This document shows positions 1 to 11,400 of a DNA stretch of 64,000 nt, one piece after another. The first letter of the stretch is position 1. Every line of letters starts with the position of its first letter. The notes under the pieces were generated by a model. That model saw nothing but the letters and a program-made list of their open reading frames with translations, was not told where the DNA came from and did no database searches. This DNA is from Ylistrum balloti (taxonomy: Eukaryota): positions 558,001 through 622,000 of the forward strand of contig NW_026781911.1 of NCBI RefSeq assembly GCF_031769215.1, written 5' to 3'. A program made the translations under genes and the position numbers.

Positions 1-154
1 TTTAATATCAACACACAATTTCACAAAATAATTTCTCACCATAAATTTACAGTGAGTATTTATATAAAAAAATACATGTTGAACAAGTAAGTTTTTTATC
101 GAGCATTCAAGAATTTAAGGTCAATACACAATTGATTAATAAATACTGTGACTT

Positions 155-3100
155 TTAATCAGAAAAATAATATTGTGATATACCTCCATATGTCAGTGGG
201 ATGTTTGTTAGTGCAGCAGCCATTTGTTTCTCCATGGCAATGTCGACTATCCTCCAATCACCCATAAGTGTCATACCACTGATGGGATCCACTTTAGAAG
301 TGCGAGTCATGGCATCAATGTTTGGAGCAGAGTAGGTGTGTTTTGGCTCACTCCCCCGAATGGAGATGGGTCGGTAGAGAGGTGAGAGTGATATGGGACA
401 CTCATACTTCTGTGCCAATTCAGGGTCTGTAAACTTGGCATATCTGGGCATAGGCTTCCTCAGTATGTCAATACTGTAGGTCTTGTGTTTGAAAAAGACA
501 CAGAAATTTGTGATATTACATGATACAGAGGCATGTTAAACCATCATAGCAACTCCCATACATAACTTGGTGTGTATGAACTGAGTGTAGTTAAGATGAC
601 TGAGTATCCTGTGTATGAAATGATTAGAATGAGTAAACTTTAAAGTATGTTATAGTCTACCAAACATTGCCATGTGTACTTGCTTGGAAAAACTCAATAC
701 AAAATATAGCTTAAAAATTTTTTTTACAGCAATATTTGATCAATGGTGAATAAATACAAATATTACCTATCAATTGTTGTTCCATTTAAAGTAAACAATA
801 GCTGCCATTGTTACCTGTTTGTTAGAACCATCAGCAGACGTCACTTCTATCTGGATGTTGGTCTCTCCCACATTTAGTGGGTAGGCTGTTCCAGGCTTCT
901 CCCCACATACCAAAACGACATTTTTGGGGTCTGGTGCAACTGGTTTAGCAGTGACACTGGCCACATTGCATGGTAATACACCTATATGGAATAGATTATT
1001 GCTGAATAATAACATAAATTTTAAAGACAAAAAATTATTTCAAAACATCTTCAGGTTGGTAATGTCAGTAGAATAAAAGGTAACAGCATGATATTTTGAT
1101 GACTACAGAAATGTCACACTCCAATCTTCTAGACCTTTCATTGTATAAAAGTTCTTATAACATAACCGGTAAAAAATTTGAGCATGATATTTTGATGACT
1201 ACAGAAATGTCACACTCCAATCTTCTACTGGTTGTGTTACAGAAATCAACTAAACTTAGCCATTGAAATCAACTAAACTTATGTGACAGTCAACAGACAA
1301 AAAACTGTCAGTACAGAAATCAATATCATGTTAGAAGACAGACACATGGATTCAATACCTACTCTGAACTAAACCAGTCCAGTCAGCAAGGGTCAACAGA
1401 AATCAACTAAACTTAGCCATGTTAGTGACAGTCAACAGAAATCAACTAAACTTAGCCATGTTAGTGACAGTCAACAGAAATCAACTAAACTTAGCCATGT
1501 TAGTGACAGTCAACAGAAATCAACTAAACTTAGCCATGTTAGTGACAGTCAACAGAAATCAACTAAACTTAGCCATGTTAGTGACAGTCAACAGAAATCA
1601 ACTAAACTTAGCCATGTTAGTGACAGTCAACAGAAATCAACTAAACTTAGCCATGTTAGTGACAGTCAACAGAAATCAACTAAACTTAGCCATGTTAGTG
1701 ACAGTCAACAGAAATCAACTAAACTTAGCCATGTTAGTGACAGTCAACAGAAATCAACTAAACTTAGCCATGTTAGTGACAGTCAACAGAAATCTGCTAA
1801 TGCTGGCCATGTCAGCAAGGGTCAACTTAAATCTTCTCATCCTCACTGTGTCTGGAGGGTTAATAGAAATCTACTAATCCTAGCCATGTCAGTGAGGACC
1901 AACAGAAATCAATCAAAACTCACCATGTCAGTGAGCATCAACAGAACTCTGCTAAGCCTAGTTATGTCAGCGAGGGTCAACAAAAATCTACTCATCCAGG
2001 CTATATCAGCAAGGGTCAACAGAAATCTATAGATTCCATTGGTTTATGTCACTTTCAACATAGCTTTATTAGTTGAAAGTGACATAATGTACAACAGCTA
2101 TGGTGAGCAAAATTTTAAGTATCCAGGCATTGTCACAGTCAACAGAACACTACAGAATCAAGTCTAATGTAAGGGTCAGCAGAGCATTAAAGATCCTACA
2201 ACCATGTTAGGATCATCAGACGATTCAAACTTACAGCCATGTCAGGGTCAAATGAACACTGCAGATCTATGTCATGTCGTCTCAACAGATTACTACAAAT
2301 GCATGTCATGGTAACCACACCATTCCAGATCCTAGTGTTCATCATGGTCACCAGACCACGACAGATCACAGTCATGTCAGGCTCAACACTACAGATCCAT
2401 GTCATGTCAGTTTCAACAGACCAATAAAGATCCTAGCTCTATAGCACTACAGACTCTATAGCAATGTCATGGTCATCAAACCACTACAGACTCTATAGCA
2501 ATGTCAGGGTCCAGTGAATACTATGGACTCTATAGCAATGTCAGGGTCCAGAGAACCCTACAGAATCTATAGCAATGTCAGGGTCATCAAACCACTACAG
2601 ATCCTAAAGCAATGACAGGGTCCAGAGAACACTATAAACTCTATAGCAATGTCAGGGTCCAGAAAACACTACAGACTCTATAGCAATGTCAGGGTCCAGA
2701 GAACACAACAGACTCTATAGCAATGTCAGAGTTCAGAGAACACTACAGACTCTATAGCAATGTCAGAATCATCAAACCACTACAGATCTTATAGCAATGT
2801 CAGAGTCCAGTGAATACTATAGACTCTATAGCAATGTCAGGGTCAAGAGAACACTTAGGACTCTTTAGCAATGTCAAGGTCATCAGATTACTACATATCC
2901 TATAACAATGTCAGGGTCGTTAGACCAATAAAGATCCTAAAGTCAAATCAGGGTCAACAGAATTCTGCAGATCCATGTCATGACAGTTCATCAGACCACC
3001 AAATCAGGGTTTGCTGAACACTACAGACCTACAACCATGTTAGGGTCAACAGAGCACTGCAGATCCATGTCATGTCAGTCACAACACACCACTAAAGATC

Positions 3101-4475
3101 TTAGAGCCATGTCAGGGTCAACAAAACAATATAGATTATATAGCTATGCCTGGATCAACAAAAAACCTAGTCATGTCATGGTCATCAGACCACTACAGAT
3201 CATAGTCATGTCAGGGTCATTTGGTTGCTAAAGATCCTAGCTATGTCAGGGTCAACACATCACTACAGATCATTGTCTTATCGGGCCCCAACAAACCACC
3301 TCAGAATCTTGTGACTGTAGCCATAGCTGAATCAACAGCTAATGATAATCTCTAATCTTAACCATGTTATAATCATGTAACAGTAATCAATAATCTTTAC
3401 ACCAGAACAATGTCAAGGTCAACTGAAATCAACAGATCCTTGCCATGACAGAGTTAATGGAAATCAGGATATTTTTGTCACTCTCAACATAACTGTATTA
3501 CTGCTGAGGCTATATATATTGCCATATGTAACTTACAAGAGTAAGTGGTAACTGCAGAATCAAACTCAGGCATGAGACATCCTTGAGAAAACTTAAGGTC
3601 ACTAAGTACAGCATCTTTAGCCGAGAGGCGTTTCACATGGAGGAAATAGTTTTTCACAGTGCCATCTTCTGAAGTGACTTCTATTTTGATATCAGTTACA
3701 ACTCCTTCTGGTAGACCAACCTCCTTCTCTCCTCCACTTCCCTACAAATTAAGTAAACACCTGAACAAGTTAGTATTAAAGCACAATCTTTTCTCCTCAG
3801 TGCCCTACAAAGTAGGCATCTCCTTCTGATTAATGACCATTCTTCAAAGATGTACTTAATAAGACACCATCTGATCACAATATACATTTTCAAATTTTCA
3901 TGTTTTTCATGATAAATAAATCATTGAAGCTTGGGGAAATCTAAAGATCTGACAACTCTGCAGTACAGCAAAAGAAAATTCTACAATAATCTTATACATA
4001 TAAGAGATCACCATCCGCCTGTTGCTATTGGCAAATTTGTCGCAAGTTTCTTGCCTTGAACATTTATGTATATATTCTATCATTGTTTGAGTGATTTTAC
4101 AGCTACATATTTGGCAGCTGAAAGTGTACATATAAGTTGGAGCTGCTTATTTTTTAATTAACAGACCTTAAAAACTTTGTTTCATGTGAGAAGAGCTTAG
4201 TTTTGTACGACAGGAATCGAAAGTATTAATTCATACATGTTCAGTGTAGGTCAGGGTCATGTTTGCTTAATTGTTCTACCGTTTGCTGACCGACGTGAGA
4301 AAAATAATCGTACAGATATAGAATAAGATGCACCGGTGTCACTTGTGAGCGGATCAATTCGGATTTTTTCCACATTGCTTGCAACGGTCACAGCATATTC
4401 TGTAGTATCCTTGTTGAATACTGGGGTCAATTTTCCAGGTTTGACAGCTAACTTTTCTAGATTGCAGTCGTCCAT
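155..4475 (-). CDS. Protein with two cadherin-like beta-sandwich repeats and a C-terminal U-box/degenerate RING domain (4 coding exons; ~286 aa if the stop at 155-157 is used)
   Basis: Exons 4475-4314, 3741-3537, 981-815 and 481-155 are joined by GT-AG introns in consistent phase (0,1,0). Repeat 1: LEKLAVKPGKLTPVFNKDTTEYAVTV...IKIEVTSEDGTVKNYFLHVKR. Repeat 2: LSDLKFSQGCLMPEFDSAVTTYSC...IQIEVTSADGSNKQTYSIDILR. Then YECPISLSPLYRP...HTYSAPNI...DPISG. A donor-like GGAG|GTATAT at 184/183 means the gene may continue left of the window. Confidence 0.75.
1235..2100. repeat. 39-bp minisatellite, about 10 near-perfect copies at ~1392-1795 with diverged flanks
   Basis: Unit GTCAACAGAAATCAACTAAACTTAGCCATGTTAGTGACA; it produces the repetitive ORF 1419-1877 (MLVTVNRNQLNLA)n. 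Confidence 0.95.
2100..3470. repeat. Related diverged ~38-39-bp minisatellite (best conserved at 2440-2930)
   Basis: Unit ~ACTACAGACTCTATAGCAATGTCAGGGTCCAGAGAAC; it shares ATGTCAGGGTCAAC-like cores with the flanks of the left array. Confidence 0.85.
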
Positions 4476-4721
4476 CTTGAAACTTAGGAAGCTTCAGTGC
4501 GGACCTATAAATTAAGAATAATAATTTCAAAAACTTCGTCCCAAAATATCTTTTTTATTGTGAAAAGAAATGTAAAATGATATAAAATGTTCTCATTTAA
4601 ATACATGAATACATTGCTTTGTTTTTAAAAGATTAACAAAACAAGCGGCAACCGGATGTATACAAAATATTACGCGGGAAAGAATAAATTTTGACAAGGC
4701 TTGTGGTATCTGTGTGAAGAA
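4476..4721. promoter_or_regulatory. Bidirectional promoter with E2F-type element
   Basis: Only 246 bp separate two divergent ATGs. CGCGGGAAA at 4673-4681 is TTTCCCGCG on the minus strand, matching the E2F consensus. CCGGATG (ETS-like) lies just upstream. Confidence 0.6.
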
Positions 4722-5456
4722 ATGGCATCAGACGAAGACTTGAAGGACGAATTTTCAATTTTTGGCGTAGATCTTGAAAATCAAGATGTGATAGACAAAT
4801 GTAAGTGAAAACGTATTTATATGAACATTATCAATGTTAGTTTGTATAAGTTGCACTTTTGGTAAGTCCGCGGTACATTGCGGTATCAATATGGTTAAAA
4901 AAGCATCTAGCATCCAATTCTGCACATTGATGCTCAATGAAACCACACGGAACTGTTGTCGAATACTTTCGATTTCCCAAAGCATACGCGATTTATTGCA
5001 AAAATCGTGTATGACAATCACGACAATACGGTATAACCATGGCATCCCGTGGCATTCAAGCATTGTTAGCTTGCATTGATGTGTTGGAATGTTACTGATG
5101 TAAAGATATCATAATTTGTCAGTAGCTTATAATCTATAGTATGACTTTAATATACATAGGTTCCTAATACCCGGCAGTTTCTATTCAATGATAATTTTCG
5201 ATATTTTATTCAGTAAAAGAGTTGTGTGTCCTGTACCGACTAGATGCATCCCAAATCAGCACAGAATGGATAGCTTTCTTTAATACAAAGAAATCCAAAG
5301 GAAACATGACTCTTAGCTGTGAAGTGTTGGATCAGTTTGACAGAGAGGTTTGTGTTGAAGGATTGCCATATATGGACAACATTGCTTATCATATACAGTC
5401 AAACTTTGTTACTTCAAACTTGAAAACCTTGTTTAACTCAAAGTACTTTGTTGGTT

Positions 5457-5493
<37 letters not shown>

Positions 5494-8400
5494 TTATTCA
5501 GGAAAGATTTGCACAAATGTATACAAAGCATGATAAATAAAATACATGTTACATAGTGCATAAGGTGAAAAATTGACATAAATAAAACATGCAACACCGG
5601 AACATTAAATCACAATAAAGACAGCTGATATATGTTGAACAAATCTATCCAAGAATAGCCCAAAAAGCGTAATAATATACGCTTATTTCCATTGGGGTCC
5701 TTTTGTTGTCTTATATAAAACTCCTGGTCAAACTCCCTATGCCCCATTACCACTTAGTTTGTGAAAAGAAAATCAGTCTGTCACAATAAAAACATGTTCA
5801 TATAAGAAACAGTGCTTACAGGAAGTCATTTATTAGCACTCAATGTAAATGTCCCTGCACAGCTGAAATCACACCCTTAGTCTGGTACTCAGACTAATGT
5901 GTTCAAAAGACTTAAATATCAATAGAGAAAGCCGAAGAACACTACATCAGTTACCATAAAGTGAAAAAATAAAAGACAAGCAAATTTCAAGTGTGACGTT
6001 TTACCGATGTTTATTGCTTTTGTATGGTCTGTAGTGCTCATTAGATTGCTACGTTGACGTTGAGAGCTTCGTGAATAATGATGAACATGTTGATCATTAT
6101 GAGAGAAATTATCCTTGCCAATTTCAATAAGAAGTGTAGTATGACAGAGCTTTTCAATATTAGCTTTTGTTAACCTTTAGTTTGCAATGACATTGTTCTG
6201 GGCCTAATACTTGTAGCTAAATAAAGTCCACCATTGTGCCAGATGTAGATTTAGCGTTATTTTCGTAAGTACATGAACAGTGAAACAAGTTATGCTATGA
6301 CTTACTTAAATGATTATTATATTGATAAATAAGTCACTTATATGTTTAAATAATTCATTGGACTAGAAATTGATCTTATTTCTTAAAGCTTAACATTTTC
6401 AGTATAACTAGTTGTGTGTAATAGTCATCATATTGAAAACATCAAGTCACTATAGGTTCCATTCTGTTCTGTATTGGCAAAACATTGTTATTGTACAGTA
6501 GACTTAGGCTGTAACGACTGCCCATTTAGAGTGAACCATGCATACCATATGGAATTAACATAAAAACAAATATTTTAATATCTAATCAGACAGATATTCA
6601 GATAGTAATTTTTATCTAATTGACATCCCTTTAAATCCCCTTCATAAACTACATATAAGTCTTGAATAAATTGCTGAATTGTTTTCCTCTTTCTGTTGCT
6701 AGAAATTGGAATGCCTGTTTAGGGCTCTCACACCATAATTTTCAATGCCCCAAATAACCTCAGAATTGGGAAAACTTTCTAAATTGGGGTTAACAAAAAA
6801 AGATACTATTTTGCATTTCCGCCCCAAATGGCAGATATATATGCCCCAAATAACCTAAAATAGCTATATATAATACAAAATCTTATAGAAAACTTTGAAA
6901 CTAGAACTCCAATATTCATTTTTCTCAAAGCCTTCACAACCCAGACAACTTGGGAGTTAATGGAGTTTGACTGTATTGCAAAGCTTTATTTACACTGGTG
7001 AATTACAATACCAATGCTTGCTTTGTATAATTATGATGCAATAATGCAAGGGACAAAATTGTAACTATTTTTTGCCTTACTGCTTCAAATATCTGTGGGT
7101 GAAAGGGACTTATTTTTGTATTAACAAATCATGCTCTCTGCAGTGGAGCAGGACCCAATATGGAAAATTTAAGGTAAGAGTTTAAGATTATGATGTTCTG
7201 TTGGTATTTGGTCAAATTTTTTACAATTCCTTATCTTTTTGAGGAAAAAATGTAACAATGTAATTGTGAACAAAATTAGTTTTAAGTTCAGAGTGGAAGT
7301 ATCCAGATGAGCAATACAGGCCCATTTGGCCTCTTGTTTCTTTCAACTAGATACTCCATTTGGGTACTAATTCTTCTGGATGTTTAATTGTCAGATGAAT
7401 GAGATCCATGGACCTCTTCAGTTTTGTATAATCTTAAAAATAAATTAAGTTTCCTCTTTTAAAATAGCGGTATAAATAACAGTGTTTCTTAATCATTATT
7501 GTTATAGGGTTGCACTTGTTGAAGGGACCTCTAATATTAAAACAGACAATGTTATCTATAAGTCTTTAAAAAGACATCTAATTTGTTTGATTCATGCTTG
7601 CAGAGACTCAACAAGAAAACTCCTCGCACACCACAAGTTAAAAAGTCTGGCCCAACTGTGTATGATGTCAACACTGTTCAAAATGGGTATCCTTTACTTT
7701 ATGTAGACATGTGAAATATTTACACACATTTGTGTTGTCAATCAAATGTACCACTGGTAAGTACATTTTACATGCTAAATCATAAGTTTTGCTGTATTCA
7801 TCCTTGATAACACCCAGCATTGATGAGAATGAGGCTGTTGAACTTTACAATGCTTACTCAGGAGCTTCCACACCATCAAATTCCAAAAAAATTGCAGCAT
7901 CACAGAAGCGCCAGCTGACTCCTGATAATCCACCAGTCAAACGATTTACAAACAGTGTCCGCAGTCCAATGGTTCCGTTCTCCCCTGCCAGCTTCTCACC
8001 AGGGTACTAACCATTTGACTTTGTTATCATATTTTAAATGATATTGAACTTGAAATTTAAGTAATGAATGTTTGAAACTGATATTTTATACTTAAATCCT
8101 TGTTTATAGTATCAAGATTTCTTACAGAACCTGAAGAAGTTTGATTAAAAATATGTTTGGTTTTAGGATAACTCCCTCAAAGAAGTTCAGCTCAAGGTCA
8201 AATGCTGGAGAAAATGTTGCTTCACTGGGGATCAATGACAACACTAACTGGAAGGGTCAAGGTCATGATGTACACATAGCATATTATGATTCTAGAAATG
8301 CAATGGAACCACATTTCAAGTACATGTTTCAAAAGTTAACTGAAAAAGCTAATGGTAGGTACTTCAAATTTATCCTCTTTTTTGTTTGTTTGAAATAACA

Positions 8401-11400
8401 AGGTTAATCTAAGTGGGCTTAAATGTTTTATATATCAGGCAGATAAGTACCTGTAGGTGTCCCTCATCCTGTTCGTTTTGAGTATAACACCTTAGTCCCC
8501 CATCAGAAACATGGGGACTATAGTTTTGGCATTGTGTATGTCCTTTCACTGTCATGTTCAGGCTCTTTCTCCTATATACTACTTGTAACTAGAACTTTCT
8601 ATTTAATATATGGGTTCACCTTAGAGCGGCAGTTTTCATGTATCAAAGGTAGGTCACTGACTTCCATTTTTATAATTGATCCTTATCAAAGAAAAAAACT
8701 GTCCAGGTGCTATCTCCTATGCTATAAGTCACTGGAACTTAATAGTTAGGATATGGGTTCATCTTAATAAGGTAGTGTGTTGTGTATCCAAAGTAAGTCA
8801 CTTTTACAAACATTTTGATCAATGGCCTACATCAGAGAAAAAAAAGTTAATCTAGGCTTTATTTCCTACACTACTAGTCACTGGTTTTTTGTTTCAGGTA
8901 TGGATTCACTTACAGTACATTCTTGGCATATAAGTTCACAATTAATGAGGGACTTTAAAGATAAAAATTAAAAGGACACTGCTCAATACTCAGAAATCTA
9001 TCTAAAATGTAGTTATGCAGGAAATCATACCTTTCAAACATAAATAACATTTTAGTCGCATCAAATTGTTTTGGAAAAAAAGGTGCAGGTCGCATTTGCC
9101 TTTAACTTGGACACAAGATCTGTTATTCATTATTGCCGGTATATGTATCTATGTCATTCACCATTCCAGTTCTCAATGATATGATTGAAGACCTTGCGGA
9201 ACAGCTCCAAGAGCAGCACAAGATAGAGGACTTGTCCCATGTAGCTTTACCTGTCCAGGAGCCTGTCACCGTTGTGGGACGGATTGGCTGTGACAGTATT
9301 GGCAAGCTGAACGCAAAGTCTGTGATATTGGAGGGCTCCCAGGAAACATCTGCTGGCAGGTGTATCCCTGTTGATCTGACTGAGCTCCAAGAGTTTTCAC
9401 TTTTCCCAGGACAGGTATGTTATCACTGCTGTCATCACTAGTGACCAAGTAGCCCTGTTGCTAATACAGCATCCAGACATTTTAACTGTGTAATTTGGAG
9501 GTCTTTTGTTATTCTCATTTCTTATTTTGGATATCACTGACATCAAGATAGCAAATTGTTTTTTATTATGAAAATGATATTTTTCAAGTATTACCTTAAA
9601 TCAATGTTCATTTCATATGAGATTTTATGAAACAAATTTTGGAAATTTTTATTTTCGTAAGTCTTGACTGGTTTCAAAGTCGAAATGTGGAAGACAAAAT
9701 CAAACAAAGGCAGTCAGTTTTCAATTTGGTATGACATTATGTCCTTATTAAGTCATCACAATTAATTTCAGAATGATGCAACTTATGACAAATGTTCCAG
9801 GTTATACTACACTTGTAACATTCGTTGATATGCAGAAATGTCACATGATTGAATTCACTGCATGACAGCATTTCCATAAAAACCCACTAAATGTGTGCAG
9901 TTTTCTTTTGAGAAAAAAACAGGTCCAAAGTTGGGTGGCGGGTGGGAGGGGCGGTATGCACATTTATTTTGGAACATTTACTTCAGGTTGGTTATGTCAA
10001 TAGAATAGGAGTTCTTATAAGACAAACAGTTTCAATTACTACACAGTCATCTTCATCAGATGACCAGTGTTGAGTTTACAAGCGCTGACATAGGTAGTGT
10101 ATGTGATAGTAAGGAATCAACCAATGTTAGTTGAACATTCTGTGATTGATTTCTTGGCTTCAGAGATTTTTTTAGACTGAATTTTTGGGTATGCACATTA
10201 TGCAAGTGGAAGCATTTTGTCGTTATTTTCAACCCCAAAAAGTACCTGCACTCATTATGAAGGGAAAGCATTTAGTCACTGCTTTGTCTGTCCATCCATC
10301 TTAATTCTGTCTGAGGCATAACCCAAAAACTATAAGAGGTATCAGCATAAACTTCATAGGTAGATAGATCAGAGCAAGAAGTACAGTGCCTAAGAACCAT
10401 TATTCACTTTTGCATAATTTAGGAGTTATTGCCCTTTATAATTTTGCATAGTTAAATTTTGTGCATTAAAAACTATAAGAGGTAATGACATGAAACTTCC
10501 TTCGGAGATAGGGGGTAGTGCACAAGAATCATAACTTTCTTATGCCCTTAATTATATTTCATTCTTGAATTTTGTCCCAATCGGGGAGCATAACCTGTCA
10601 CTGCTGGCCCTCGTACAGTATGTTTTTAATGTCACATTGATGTTTTTACTGTATTTTTTGCAAGTTTTGATATATAGGAATGATAATATGTCATTAAGTG
10701 AACACTGTCTACTTGCAGATCTACTACAATCAAAACAGCTTAAATTATATCTGTACTTCTATCAAAATGTCACTGGTCCATTTCAGATTGTTGCTTTGGA
10801 TGGAATAAACATTACTGGGCAAAAGTTTGTTGCAAAGAAGTTACATCAGGTAAATGTCTAGCACCTGTCATTGTTTTGGGACATTGAATATACAAATGCA
10901 TTATCTGTTGTTCCTCATTGATATTTCTGTAGATATATAAGTCTTCATGATTTTTTTTTAAGTATATTGTATGAAGGTTCCGATTGGTCATTTGATTAGC
11001 CAGTATCTTGTTTTACTTTTGTTCGTAGTTGTGATCAGGCATCTTAGAGTGCTTATATTAATTTCTATTCAAATCACTTTTTGTCCATAGTCCCTCTGTA
11101 AGCCATTCTTGTTATCAATATTTCTTGAGAAGAACTGAAGGATTTTTCTCAAACTTCATATGCTGGCACTTTAGTTGCACCATTTTAATTTTGAAACTGA
11201 TCAAGGAACCAATGGTTGAAGTCTGTTATTATTTCCATTTTGTATTTGACAGTTAAAAATACATTTAGGAAATTTTTTATTTAATAGGAGATTCATACGG
11301 GGAGGAGGTTAGTGGAGAAATTTAAGATATATTTTAGTATATTTGGAAAGTATATAACTCACATTGAAGGGACATAACAATAGCTTAAAGTAGGATGAAG

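Noticed and set aside
1085-1227. Exact 47-bp direct duplication (1085-1131 and 1181-1227)
   Set aside because: It is real but a simple local intronic duplication with no sign of element termini or function.
1419-1877. 152-aa ORF (MLVTVNRNQLNLA)n
   Set aside because: It is the translation of a 39-bp intronic minisatellite, antisense to the host gene; it is open only because the unit is a multiple of three and lacks a stop in one frame.
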